Shown in pieces: positions 36,458-45,758 of a stretch of DNA of 64,000 nucleotides. The stretch spans positions 26,638-90,637 of the forward strand of contig LVBG01000027.1 in assembly GCA_001603115.1 (NCBI GenBank), in the 5' to 3' direction. Source of the DNA: Spirochaetales bacterium Spiro_05. Its GTDB lineage: Bacteria > Spirochaetota > Spirochaetia > Sphaerochaetales > Sphaerochaetaceae. Numbering within the stretch: position 1 is the stretch's first letter; the number at the start of each line of letters is the position of its first letter. The position numbers were made by a program, and so were the translations under genes. A model generated the notes under the pieces. The model did no database searches. It saw only the letters and a list, made by a program, of their open reading frames with translations, and was not told the DNA's origin.

Positions 36458-37246
36458 GTGAAGAACCTCTTGCCCGTACGCCTCGCACCCTTTCTCGTCT
36501 TGCTGCTTTTTGCAGGTTGCAATCGCTCCGCCCAAGCCACGTTGCCGGCGCCACAGGTATCAGAACCTGTGAAGATGGCGCCTGCTGAGAAGACGGTGGA
36601 AATCAGGGATGCCATTTCAGATCTGCACAAACCCCTCTCTCTTGATGATCGGTTCAGCTATACCTACGGCTATATGCTCTTTACCACGTTGCAACAGCAA
36701 GGCTTTGACAACCTCAGCTCTTCCTATTTTGCAAAGGGAGCGCTTGATGCAGGAAAGAGTACCGGTTTTTTCTCCCAAGAAGAGATGACCCAGATACTTC
36801 ATCAAGTACAGACGAACCTTTTGCAAAAAGCTCAGCAGGAGCGTGCCAAGATTGCTGCTGAGAATTTGCAGGCTGCAGAGGATTTTCTCTCCTCAAATGG
36901 AAAACAAGATGGTATTGTCACCACTGAGAGTGGACTACAGTACCGTATTCTGGTCCAGGGGAGTGGAGAGAAGCCTTCTGCAGAGAGTATCGTTGAGGTT
37001 GACTACCAGATTATTCTGCTTAACGGCAGGGTCATAGACAGCTCTTATGAACGAAAACAGAGCTCTTCCTTCCAGTTGCAGGCAATCATGGTTCCCGGTT
37101 TCATCGAAGGGGTGAAGCTGATGCAGACCGGTTCAAAGTACCGGTTCTGGATCCATCCCAATCTTGCCTATGGGGTGGAAGGAACACAGGCAGTCGATCC
37201 AAACAGTCTGCTCATCGTCGAGGTTGAGCTGAAGGCCATCAAATAG
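36458..37246 (+). CDS. FKBP-type peptidyl-prolyl isomerase, lipoprotein (Mip/FkpA-like)
   Basis: Lipobox FAGC; TESGLQY, DSSYER, IHPNLAYG. Confidence 0.9.
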   Translation: MKNLLPVRLAPFLVLLLFAGCNRSAQATLPAPQVSEPVKMAPAEKTVEIRDAISDLHKPLSLDDRFSYTYGYMLFTTLQQQGFDNLSSSYFAKGALDAGKSTGFFSQEEMTQILHQVQTNLLQKAQQERAKIAAENLQAAEDFLSSNGKQDGIVTTESGLQYRILVQGSGEKPSAESIVEVDYQIILLNGRVIDSSYERKQSSSFQLQAIMVPGFIEGVKLMQTGSKYRFWIHPNLAYGVEGTQAVDPNSLLIVEVELKAIK

Positions 37247-37931
37247 GCGATGGCAAGAGTTGCAGCAACTGGTCCAAGTGGGTGAGGGTATAGGTGGGTA
37301 TCACGCCCTGAGGCTCCTGATTCCCTGATTTGATCCATACGGTATCCAATCCGCTGTCAAACCCTCCCTTGATATCGCTTGAGAGGCTGTCTCCTATCAT
37401 GAGGCAGCTTTTCTTATGGGCAAGCAACTGCTCTTTCTCGAGCATCTGGTCAAAGAAACGGGTATCGGGTTTTTGTACCCCCAGCTCCTCACTGATGTAG
37501 ATTCCCTTGAAGTAGGGGCCGATTTGTGCATGAGCAATACGCCCTCTCTGTACGTCAGCAATGCCATTGGATGCAAGATAGAGTATGTACCCGCGCTCAG
37601 TGAGAACTTGCAGGACTTTGATGCTCTGCTCGAAGAGGATTCCCTGGCAGGAGAGGTGGTATTGGTACGATGCGCTTGCCTTCTCGCTGTCCCCATCGAG
37701 GGAGAGGGAGGAGAAGAATCGGTCAAAACGCTGGGTCTTGAGTTGGGTAAGGGTGATGATACCTTGTTCGAACAGCTTCCAACACTCCTCATTGCAACTT
37801 GTATAGAGGGCAAATGCGGATTTGTCACAAGGAAGCGAGAGATCCTGTGCCATGCGGGCGAAAGCCTGTTGCTCAGCACGATCAAAATCGAAAAGTGTTC
37901 CGTCTGCATCGAAGAAAAGGTGGCGGTACAT
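37239..37931 (-). CDS. HAD hydrolase, YjjG-family nucleotidase
   Basis: FDADGTLFDF, ASNG, KPD, MIGDSLSSDIKGG. Confidence 0.88.
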   Translation of the reverse strand: MYRHLFFDADGTLFDFDRAEQQAFARMAQDLSLPCDKSAFALYTSCNEECWKLFEQGIITLTQLKTQRFDRFFSSLSLDGDSEKASASYQYHLSCQGILFEQSIKVLQVLTERGYILYLASNGIADVQRGRIAHAQIGPYFKGIYISEELGVQKPDTRFFDQMLEKEQLLAHKKSCLMIGDSLSSDIKGGFDSGLDTVWIKSGNQEPQGVIPTYTLTHLDQLLQLLPSPI

Positions 37932-38020
37932 GGTTGGCTGTCCTTTACTTGTGTGGTTGTTGTCTGTACCATAAAGAAAAAAGCTGTGGTTGCGCAAGAG
38001 CAGCTTTCAAGGAGCTTTCC

Positions 38021-38629
38021 ATGCAGGATACTTTTTTCAAACGGCATCTGATGCTGGCAACACTATTCGGCTCGCTTCTGGTGGTGCTTGGCATCTATCT
38101 GATGTTCCAACAGGAGTCGTTCGTGAGGATCTTCATCTCCATCTTGGGATTGTTTCTGGTTGGCTCCGGTGTTGCCAGTCTGTTTGCCCTCAGGACCTAC
38201 ACCCTTGGTCGTCGTACCAAGATGGCGACGCTCATCCAAGCTCTCATCAGTATCGTGTTGGGGTTGGTTGCCTTCTTCGTGCCTCTCTCTGCGGCCAATG
38301 TGAGCTGGACGCTTCTGCTCACGCTTATAGCCATTGAGCTGATTTTCTCTGCGATCATCTCCTTCCTTGATGCACTGCTGTTGCGCAAGAGTGAACTTCC
38401 TGTTTCTGCGCTTCTCTCAGAGGGGGTTTTCTCGTTGGTGGTGGCGATCCTCTTGTTTGTCTTTCCCCAGCAGATCGGCAGCATGCTGCTCAAGTTGGTC
38501 GGCGTGGTGCTCATAGCCATGGGTCTTGGCATGGTCTTGTGGTCGGTGAGGATACGCAAGATCAACCGTCAGTTTTCACCGACGGCGATCGAGGCTGAGG
38601 CTGTGGTGGTTGATGAGGGAGACGACTAA
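38021..38629 (+). CDS. HdeD/DUF308-family membrane protein
   Basis: Six TM helices in paired repeats; AAGGAG RBS. Confidence 0.7.
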   Translation: MQDTFFKRHLMLATLFGSLLVVLGIYLMFQQESFVRIFISILGLFLVGSGVASLFALRTYTLGRRTKMATLIQALISIVLGLVAFFVPLSAANVSWTLLLTLIAIELIFSAIISFLDALLLRKSELPVSALLSEGVFSLVVAILLFVFPQQIGSMLLKLVGVVLIAMGLGMVLWSVRIRKINRQFSPTAIEAEAVVVDEGDD

Positions 38630-40299
38630 GGTACGAGGAAACTCGCTACCAAGCCATAGCGTGAGATGCCTTGCCCATCAGGTACCGATTCACCTCCGAT
38701 GGTGAGCATCGAGGAAGAGAGCGGCAGCAGCTTTCTGCTGAACAGGTAGTCCACGCGCTCTTTCAGTTCTCCCTTCAGCAAGGTGTTTCCTGCATCGGTT
38801 GCACTGGAAAAGTGAGTAGCCCGATAGACATCATAGAACTGCTCATCCTCAAGGTGGGCGGAGAGAGGCCACAGGTAATCGATCTGGCGGTAGGCGACTG
38901 GGCTGAAGGTGTTCCAATCCTGGTGCGAAGGCTCATAGAGGCTGGCACCAAGGATGGTGGGTTCGGTAACCGGGGCTTTGGCGGTGATGGCCTTCAGTGC
39001 CGCCACACGATTGGGGGTGATCTTCTTCTGAAGTGTCTGCCAGTCCGCTTTTGCTTGGAAGGCCTCCAAGACCTGATACTCGGGAAGGTTGGCAACCGAG
39101 AAGCGTACGGTTTTCTTCTCGCTGAACTGGACGCTTGCCCCGTACTCATCACTCTTGATGATCGGCAGCCTGCTGATGATCGCTCCTCCCCGGACCAGCA
39201 CTGCATGCAAGCCCATTTCCCGTACCAAATCGATGACATTCTGCATATGACCGGTTGCCAGCATGACGGGGTAATTCAGGTCGCTGATGCTGGTGTGCAC
39301 TTCCTTGGCAACCGTTTTGGAATCCCACATCCGATCATCGAGGGTGAGCAGCATGACATCCAGTTGCCCATTCTCCTCAAGGTGCATGGTTGGTGCTTGT
39401 GTGGTGTACAGCCTGGGGTAGGTCAACTCCGAGAGCGGGGGTATCTGTTGGTGGAGGGCAAGCTGGAGCTGCCTTTGCTCTTCCTCCAGCTGCGCCAGGC
39501 GCTGTTGCTCGAGGGCGATCTGCTGCTGGCGCTCCATCTCTTCTTGCTCTGCTTTTCGCACTTGTTCAGCACGTTGCTGCTCAAGCCTTGTCTTCTCTTC
39601 CAAGGTGAGGGTCTTCTCCTCAAGCTGGGCCTTGAGCAGGGTGTTGTCGGTCTGCAGGCTCCGGATGGTTGCAAGCAGATCAGCAACCTCCTGCTCGTGT
39701 GAGGCAAGAAGGGCGGTCATCTCTGCTTGGTGATCGGTCTGCACTTGGGTAAGCAACTGCTGCAGATGGTCGTTTATCAACTGTTGCTCGGAAAGCAGTG
39801 TTTCCAGTTCACTTGCATGGTAGGAGAGCTGATCGAAGGAGAGCAAGAGCTCTGCGTAGCGAGACTCAATGCTCATCAGCTCGTTGGTCAGCCCTTCGGC
39901 GGTGAGCTCTTGGGATGAGAGACTCGTATTCGTCTGTGTAAGCTGGGACTGCAGTTGGTCCAGTTGGTCCTGAAGGGTTTGTTTCTCTTCGGTGAGCAGG
40001 GCGATGGCATTCCTTGCATCCGCCTCAGCCTGTGAAAGCTGTTCCCATGCAAGTGCCTGTTTCCGCTGTGCTTCCTCTTGCTCCATCTGCTGGTGCAGCT
40101 GCAGCTCTTCTGCCTCCTGTTTTGCCAAAAGTTCCTGCTTTTCGGCTTCCAGGACGGAGTACTTGGTGACCAAGGTCGTCTCTGGCTCAGTAGGGAGTGC
40201 CAAGCGGGGCTTGGCTTCTTTGGCTGTGTAGGATTGGCATCCGCTGAAAAGGATGGTGACTGCGAGCAAGACCAGAAGCAGAAAGCGACGTGTATTCAT
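38626..40299 (-). CDS. Lipoprotein with a long coiled coil and a degenerate EEP-like C-terminal domain
   Basis: Lipobox FSGC; E/Q/L heptads; GASLYEPSHQDW, ERVDYLF. Confidence 0.7.
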   Translation of the reverse strand: MNTRRFLLLVLLAVTILFSGCQSYTAKEAKPRLALPTEPETTLVTKYSVLEAEKQELLAKQEAEELQLHQQMEQEEAQRKQALAWEQLSQAEADARNAIALLTEEKQTLQDQLDQLQSQLTQTNTSLSSQELTAEGLTNELMSIESRYAELLLSFDQLSYHASELETLLSEQQLINDHLQQLLTQVQTDHQAEMTALLASHEQEVADLLATIRSLQTDNTLLKAQLEEKTLTLEEKTRLEQQRAEQVRKAEQEEMERQQQIALEQQRLAQLEEEQRQLQLALHQQIPPLSELTYPRLYTTQAPTMHLEENGQLDVMLLTLDDRMWDSKTVAKEVHTSISDLNYPVMLATGHMQNVIDLVREMGLHAVLVRGGAIISRLPIIKSDEYGASVQFSEKKTVRFSVANLPEYQVLEAFQAKADWQTLQKKITPNRVAALKAITAKAPVTEPTILGASLYEPSHQDWNTFSPVAYRQIDYLWPLSAHLEDEQFYDVYRATHFSSATDAGNTLLKGELKERVDYLFSRKLLPLSSSMLTIGGESVPDGQGISRYGLVASFLVP

Positions 40300-40314
40300 G
40301 GTGGTTCCTATTCC

Positions 40315-40596
40315 TTAGAAGTTGAAGAAGGCTTCCGCCCTGGCTTTGGCATCAGCCTTGCGCTGCGCTTCTTCCTTGGTGTCTTCCCCAAGCATGAAGG
40401 AGTCGCAGAAGTTGGCCTCCACCTTATCCTCAATGTACTCCTCCACACCCTCGGAGCAGTCATGGTAGGAGCCGGGGCTGTAGAAGCGGCAGTTGACGCA
40501 ACTATGCAGGCTTTTTTCACATTTCGGGCAAACAGTATTGAAGCCGATGCTCATCAGGGGATCGATGTCAGTATGACAGTGGTGACATGCACGCAT
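40315..40596 (-). CDS. Small Cys-rich (8 Cys) hypothetical protein
   Basis: CHHC, CPKC, CVNC plus two further Cys; sits tightly between its operon neighbours. Confidence 0.75.
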   Translation of the reverse strand: MRACHHCHTDIDPLMSIGFNTVCPKCEKSLHSCVNCRFYSPGSYHDCSEGVEEYIEDKVEANFCDSFMLGEDTKEEAQRKADAKARAEAFFNF

Positions 40597-40599
40597 GGC

Positions 40600-41001
40600 T
40601 CAGAACTCCAGTGTTTTCCCATACTCGGCCATCTCGCCGTCCGTATAGGTCTCTTTTTGAAGATGGATGTTCTTCTTGTCACTCTCCCATCGGGGGATGA
40701 CGTGCAGGTGTAGGTGCGGCACTTCCTGTCCGCTGGCCTTGCCGTTGTTGATGATCAGATTCGTGGCATCACAGTGCAAGACTTCCCTAAGTTTTGCATC
40801 GGCACGTTTTGCAACATGCATCAGGTGGGAAAGTGTGGAGTCCGGGCAATCGGATAGGAGAGGATAGCTCTCCTTTGTGATGATCAGAAGATGCCCTTTG
40901 TTGACCGGATTGATGTCGAGGATGACAAAGCAAAGCTCATCCTCATGGAGTCTGACCGAAGGAATCTTGCCTTCAAGAATTTTCGTGAAAATCGTTTCCA
41001 T
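40600..41001 (-). CDS. HIT (histidine triad) family nucleotide hydrolase
   Basis: TIFTKI, DINP, GQEVPHLHLHVIPR. Confidence 0.93.
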   Translation of the reverse strand: METIFTKILEGKIPSVRLHEDELCFVILDINPVNKGHLLIITKESYPLLSDCPDSTLSHLMHVAKRADAKLREVLHCDATNLIINNGKASGQEVPHLHLHVIPRWESDKKNIHLQKETYTDGEMAEYGKTLEF

Positions 41002-41068
41002 GGCACACCTCAAAGCCATTGTAGCACACAAGTGTCGAGTCGGAAAAGGATTGTGTTGGGAAAAGGGA

Positions 41069-41097
41069 TTGCACAAAAAAGCGAGATATACTATTAT
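41069..41097 (+). promoter_or_regulatory. Candidate fusA promoter
   Basis: TTGCAC-17 bp-TATTAT. Confidence 0.55.
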
Positions 41098-41263
41098 CCA
41101 CCAGGTACGTTGGGACAAGGTTGTCTCTTTTCCGTCCCTTCCCTTCCCTTCAGAAGATAACCTGATGTGTGCTAGGAAGAAAGAGCTTTTCATCAGGATT
41201 GGATTGGATGCTGCAGGGAACCTGTGGACTCGTTTTTATTCTATTTTATAGAGGTTATATAGT

Positions 41264-43372
41264 ATGGCTGACTTGCAAAACTTGAGGAACATCGGAATCA
41301 GTGCCCACATCGATTCGGGTAAGACTACGCTCTCCGAACGCATCCTCTACTACTGCAATAAGATCCACGAAATTCATGAAGTTCGTGGTAAGGATGGCGT
41401 TGGCGCCACCATGGATAGCATGGAGCTGGAGCGTGAGCGTGGTATCACCATCGCAAGTGCTGCAACAAACGTCACTTGGAAAGGAACGGAGATCAACGTC
41501 ATCGACACTCCGGGACACGTTGACTTCACCATCGAGGTCGAGCGCTCCTTGCGCGTGCTTGACGGTGCTGTGTTGGTGCTGTGTTCCGTCGGTGGTGTCC
41601 AGAGTCAGTCAATCACGGTTGACCGGCAGATGAAGCGCTACCATGTTCCCCGCATCGCTTTTATCAACAAGTGCGACCGAACCGGTGCAAATCCGTATCG
41701 CGTCAAGAAGCAGCTTGTGGATAAGCTCGGTCTGAATGCAGTGCTGATGCAGATTCCCATCGGGCTTGAAGAACGCCTTGAGGGTGTCGTTGACTTGGTC
41801 AGCATGAAGGCTCTCTACTTTGATGCAGGTCCAAACATGGACCAGATTCGTGAGGCTGAGATTCCCGCTGAGCTGCTTGCAGAAGCACAGGCCAAGCGCG
41901 AAGAGCTGCTTGACGGTGTTTCCATGTGCTCTGATGAGCTGATGGAAGCCATGCTCGAGGACAATGTGACTGAGGAGCTGTTGAGCAAGGCGATTCGTGA
42001 GGCTACCATCCGTCTTGAGCTGGTCCCCGTCCTGATGGGTTCTGCATACAAGAACAAGGGTATCCAGGCCTTGCTTGATGCCGTTGTCAGCTACCTGCCC
42101 AACCCGACCGATGTTGTCAACAAAGCTCTCGATCTGGACAAGAATGAAGAGGAAGTTATCCTCACGTCCAACGACGATCTCCCCCCGGTCATCCTTGCAT
42201 TCAAGCTTGAGGATGGTCAGTATGGTCAGCTTACCTACATCCGTGTCTACCAGGGCAAGGTAAAGAAGGGTGATGAACTCTACAATACCCGCAGCCGCAA
42301 AAAGTTCCGCGTAGGTCGTTTGATCCGCATGCATGCTGCAGCCATGGAAGACCTGACTGAAGCTGGGTGTGGTGAGATTGCTGCACTGTTCGGCATCGAA
42401 TGTGCCAGCGGTGACACCTTCTGTGACCCAAAGCTCAACTATTCGCTCTCCTCCATGTTCGTTCCCAACCCGGTTATCTCACTGGCCATCAAGCCGGTGG
42501 ACAAGAAGGCTGCAGACAACATGGGCAAGGCGCTCAACCGTTTCACCAAGGAAGACCCGACGTTCCGCTCGTTTGTGGATCCCGAGTCCAACCAGACCAT
42601 CATCCAGGGCATGGGTGAGCTCCACCTCGAAGTTTATGTCGAGCGCATGAAGCGCGAGTACAAGGCAGAGGTAGAGGTCGGCCAGCCTGAGGTTGCATAT
42701 CGTGAGGCCATCACCCAGCGTGCTGACTTCAACTACACCCACAAGAAGCAGACCGGTGGTTCCGGTCAGTATGCCCGCATTGCCGGTTATATTGAGCCGC
42801 TTCCAGATCCTGCTGAGGGTGAGGAGCTGAAGGAGTACGAGTACGTTGATGAGGTCAAGGGTGGATCCATCCCGACCGAGTACATCCCCTCCTGCGACAA
42901 GGGTTTCCAGACCGCTGTCAAGAAGGGCAGCCAGCTCGGCTTCCCGGTCATCGGCGTGAAGGCTGTGGTCAACGATGGTGCTTGGCACCCCGTCGACTCT
43001 TCCGACCAGGCGTTCCAGACTGCCGCTCTCGGTGCATTCCGTGAGGCATTTGAGAAGGCCAAGCCGGTTATCCTTGAGCCGATCATGAAGGTTGAGGTCG
43101 TCGCTCCCAATGAATTCCAGGGAAGCGTGTTCGCATCGATCAACCAGAGACGTGGTCTTATCATCAGTTCCACTGAGGACAATGCCATGTGTACCGTGCT
43201 CGCAGAAGTTCCGCTTTCTGAGATGTTCGGATACTCCACCGTGTTGCGCTCCCTTACCCAGGGCAAGGGCGAGTTCACGATGGAAATCGGTAAGTACGGA
43301 AGAGTACCCACCAGTGTTTCCGAGCAGTTGAAGAAGGATTATCAGGAGAAGCGCAGGAAGGAACAGAAGTAA
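41264..43372 (+). CDS. fusA: Elongation factor G (spirochaete / mitochondrial EF-G1 type)
   Basis: [54 protein letters not shown]. Confidence 0.97.
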   Translation: MADLQNLRNIGISAHIDSGKTTLSERILYYCNKIHEIHEVRGKDGVGATMDSMELERERGITIASAATNVTWKGTEINVIDTPGHVDFTIEVERSLRVLDGAVLVLCSVGGVQSQSITVDRQMKRYHVPRIAFINKCDRTGANPYRVKKQLVDKLGLNAVLMQIPIGLEERLEGVVDLVSMKALYFDAGPNMDQIREAEIPAELLAEAQAKREELLDGVSMCSDELMEAMLEDNVTEELLSKAIREATIRLELVPVLMGSAYKNKGIQALLDAVVSYLPNPTDVVNKALDLDKNEEEVILTSNDDLPPVILAFKLEDGQYGQLTYIRVYQGKVKKGDELYNTRSRKKFRVGRLIRMHAAAMEDLTEAGCGEIAALFGIECASGDTFCDPKLNYSLSSMFVPNPVISLAIKPVDKKAADNMGKALNRFTKEDPTFRSFVDPESNQTIIQGMGELHLEVYVERMKREYKAEVEVGQPEVAYREAITQRADFNYTHKKQTGGSGQYARIAGYIEPLPDPAEGEELKEYEYVDEVKGGSIPTEYIPSCDKGFQTAVKKGSQLGFPVIGVKAVVNDGAWHPVDSSDQAFQTAALGAFREAFEKAKPVILEPIMKVEVVAPNEFQGSVFASINQRRGLIISSTEDNAMCTVLAEVPLSEMFGYSTVLRSLTQGKGEFTMEIGKYGRVPTSVSEQLKKDYQEKRRKEQK

Positions 43373-43395
43373 GATTCTGCTTCCGGTATCCAAAA

Positions 43396-43435
43396 GCCCC
43401 CATGAGGTTTGAACGCCTTTTGGGGGCCTCTTTTT
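43396..43435 (+). terminator. Rho-independent terminator after fusA
   Basis: GCCCCCA...TGGGGGC stem followed by CTCTTTTT. Confidence 0.7.
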
Positions 43436-43519
43436 GCGCCGGCACGCAAAAAGGTACCCAAGTGTGAATTTCCATAGTATACTGGGGATGAACCTAATTT
43501 CTACTTGGAGGTGAGCATT

Positions 43520-44227
43520 ATGGAAATTCAAGAGTTGAACGACTTGAGTCCTCTTCGCGTATTTGAGGAATCACTGGGCGGCGGGCTCGGTCGTGGGAAC
43601 CTCGGAGTCCTCGTTTCTCGACACGGTGTAGGAAAGACGGCATGTCTGGTACACCTTGCCACCGATAAGCTGCTCAGGGGCGAACATGTCATCCATGTTT
43701 CGTTCTCTGGTAATGTGGAACATGTGATCAACTGGTACAAAGAGGTTTTCCGCGAAGTATCCGATGGTCGCAGTCTTTCTGACGCAGCATCAGTGTACAA
43801 CAATATTCTCTCCAATCGTGTGGTCATGAACTTCAGTCAGGAAAATGTCACCATTGACAAGGTGCTTTCCAGCTTGGAGACCCTGATCAAACACGGCTCA
43901 TTCAAGGCTGATGCCATCCTCTTCGACGGATATAAGCTTACTGTTGCCACCGAAGACGATGTAAGACGGATCAAGGAGTTTGCAGAGAGCATGAACCTCG
44001 AAGTGTGGTTCAGTGTATCTCCGGTCCGTGCTGATGTGGTTTATGATAAGTACGGTGTTCCGAACACCATGCAAAAATACACGAATCTGATCGATGTCCT
44101 CATTGGGTTGATCTACAATGAGGAGCGCGACAAGGTGGTGATGACCGCCGTGAAGACGCATGAAGGGATGGTTGAAAAGCCTATGGGTGTCAGCCTCGAT
44201 CCCAAAACCATGCTCATTTCCAAGTAA
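43520..44227 (+). CDS. RecA/KaiC-like P-loop protein, function unknown
   Basis: GGGLGRGNLGVLVSRHGVGKT (variant Walker A); AILFDG (Walker B); GGAGGTG RBS. Confidence 0.75.
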   Translation: MEIQELNDLSPLRVFEESLGGGLGRGNLGVLVSRHGVGKTACLVHLATDKLLRGEHVIHVSFSGNVEHVINWYKEVFREVSDGRSLSDAASVYNNILSNRVVMNFSQENVTIDKVLSSLETLIKHGSFKADAILFDGYKLTVATEDDVRRIKEFAESMNLEVWFSVSPVRADVVYDKYGVPNTMQKYTNLIDVLIGLIYNEERDKVVMTAVKTHEGMVEKPMGVSLDPKTMLISK

Positions 44228-44234
44228 TGTTCAC

Positions 44235-44297
44235 CCGAAGGCCGCGCAAGCGGCCTTCGGTGTACTCAGCGCTTTCAGACCGGCCGCTCGGCCGGTC
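44235..44297. terminator. Tandem GC-rich hairpins between convergent genes
   Basis: CCGAAGGCCGC-GCAA-GCGGCCTTCGG (44235-44260) and GACCGGCC-GCTC-GGCCGGTC (44278-44297). Confidence 0.6.
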
Positions 44298-44302
44298 ATT
44301 CT

Positions 44303-45013
44303 TCAATCCAGTGGCTGTACCCCACGGTTCGGACCTGCCAGGCCGATGCAGACACCGTCTTTTATGAGCTGCTGTCGCTGGGGATGGGCGAGCATCCACT
44401 TGTTCTGCTTGAAAAGGATGCGTGTTTCGCCATCCTTGCTCTGCTTGCGCACAGCCTCCATGGCTTGGCTCAAGGGTTCATTTGTTTGCTTGGGCAGGAC
44501 GATCAGTGATTTGAAGCCCTCCTTGTACACCGCGCAGGGGGCGAGATGCAGCACATGCGGGTCGATCAGGACTGCACTCCCTTTGGGGAAGTAGAAGAGC
44601 TCAGCATCGTGCGTATCGACTGAGTTGAACTCCTTGAGCCTGTCAAAGCGTGTGAGAAATTGAAGGCAATCGGTGACGGCGATGAAAAGTTCCGGGCTTT
44701 TGTGATACTCAACCCCATTGATGGTCGTATTCTTCCCATTGCAGTAGCCAATCTGAATCGCCTGGAACCCAAAGTATTGTCCCAAGGCTGCGGCTTGCTC
44801 TTCCTGATGCAAGGCTTGAAGGTCTGCAACGTAGATGTTTCCCTCTTGGGGAATGTCTGTCAGCTCATCCGCTTTTGTAATGAGTTTATCAAGGGGAAGG
44901 TCTTTCAGCACCCTCCCATACTTCGTAAAGGGTGATGAGTCGATTCGCAGTATCATGGTGAGTGGGTTCTGCGCGATCAAAGCCTGGGGAACCTGGAACT
45001 GTTTGCTTGCCAT
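44303..45013 (-). CDS. DUF4867-family (cupin-like) protein of the sulfoglycolysis cluster
   Basis: FTKYGRV, IQIGYCNG, VEYHKSPE, LHLAPC, NKWMLAH. Confidence 0.8.
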   Translation of the reverse strand: MASKQFQVPQALIAQNPLTMILRIDSSPFTKYGRVLKDLPLDKLITKADELTDIPQEGNIYVADLQALHQEEQAAALGQYFGFQAIQIGYCNGKNTTINGVEYHKSPELFIAVTDCLQFLTRFDRLKEFNSVDTHDAELFYFPKGSAVLIDPHVLHLAPCAVYKEGFKSLIVLPKQTNEPLSQAMEAVRKQSKDGETRILFKQNKWMLAHPQRQQLIKDGVCIGLAGPNRGVQPLD

Positions 45014-45017
45014 TGAT

Positions 45018-45758
45018 TTACCTCGAGATGAGCATAAAGACCCCTGTCAGCAGGAGCATGGAGAATACGATGAGGGAGAATTTCTTCTGGTCGACTTTGT
45101 TGTGGATTCTTTCACCGACGATGATACCCGCAACCACAAAGGGTATCAGAAGACCGGTTGAGACAGCCACGTCCTTGGTGACAGATCCTTCGATGAAATA
45201 GGTGGCAAGGATGATGGTGTTCAGTGTGGTCCACAACAGACAGAGCGTTGCCCGAAACCGTCCCTTGTCCAAAAGAGTACGGGTAGCATAGAGCACCACC
45301 AAGGGTCCTCCTGAGGAGAAGACGCCGTGGATCACCCCACCGGCAACAAGCAGCAGATAGTAGGGCAGTGCCGTTCTCTTGGTCAGCGGCGCCCGGGGAG
45401 CTCCACCTCGTGCCGCTCTGTACAACTGGCTTATCGAGACGATGATGATGAAGAGGGCAAGCAACAGGTTGAGGGTGTCGCTTTGCTGGGTTCTGAACAG
45501 GTACATCCCCACAGGAAGACCTGCCAGCATGCAACCGGTGATGATCGCATATTGCTTCCAATCGATCTGCTTGGAGTTTTTTATCACCAGGTAGAGGGCA
45601 AGAAACCACGCAAGGAAGGTGATGATCTTCACTGCCATGTGCACCCCCAGCAAGGCGCTGACAAAGGGCATGGCAAGAACTGCACACCCGAAGCCGGTTA
45701 TGGCTTCCAGGGTGTGAGTCACAAACACGACCAGTCCGCTGAGCAGCAGGGCGCTCAC
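45018..45758 (-). CDS. TauE/SafE-family exporter (likely isethionate/sulfonate export)
   Basis: ITGFG, SSGGPLVVLY, FRATL; about 8 TM helices. Confidence 0.88.
   Translation of the reverse strand: MSALLLSGLVVFVTHTLEAITGFGCAVLAMPFVSALLGVHMAVKIITFLAWFLALYLVIKNSKQIDWKQYAIITGCMLAGLPVGMYLFRTQQSDTLNLLLALFIIIVSISQLYRAARGGAPRAPLTKRTALPYYLLLVAGGVIHGVFSSGGPLVVLYATRTLLDKGRFRATLCLLWTTLNTIILATYFIEGSVTKDVAVSTGLLIPFVVAGIIVGERIHNKVDQKKFSLIVFSMLLLTGVFMLISR

Noticed and set aside
41136-41150. CCCTT repeated three times in the fusA leader
   Set aside because: Too short to support phase variation
44235-44297. Tandem hairpins as REP/MITE elements
   Set aside because: Not seen repeated elsewhere in the window, and their position between convergent genes fits terminators
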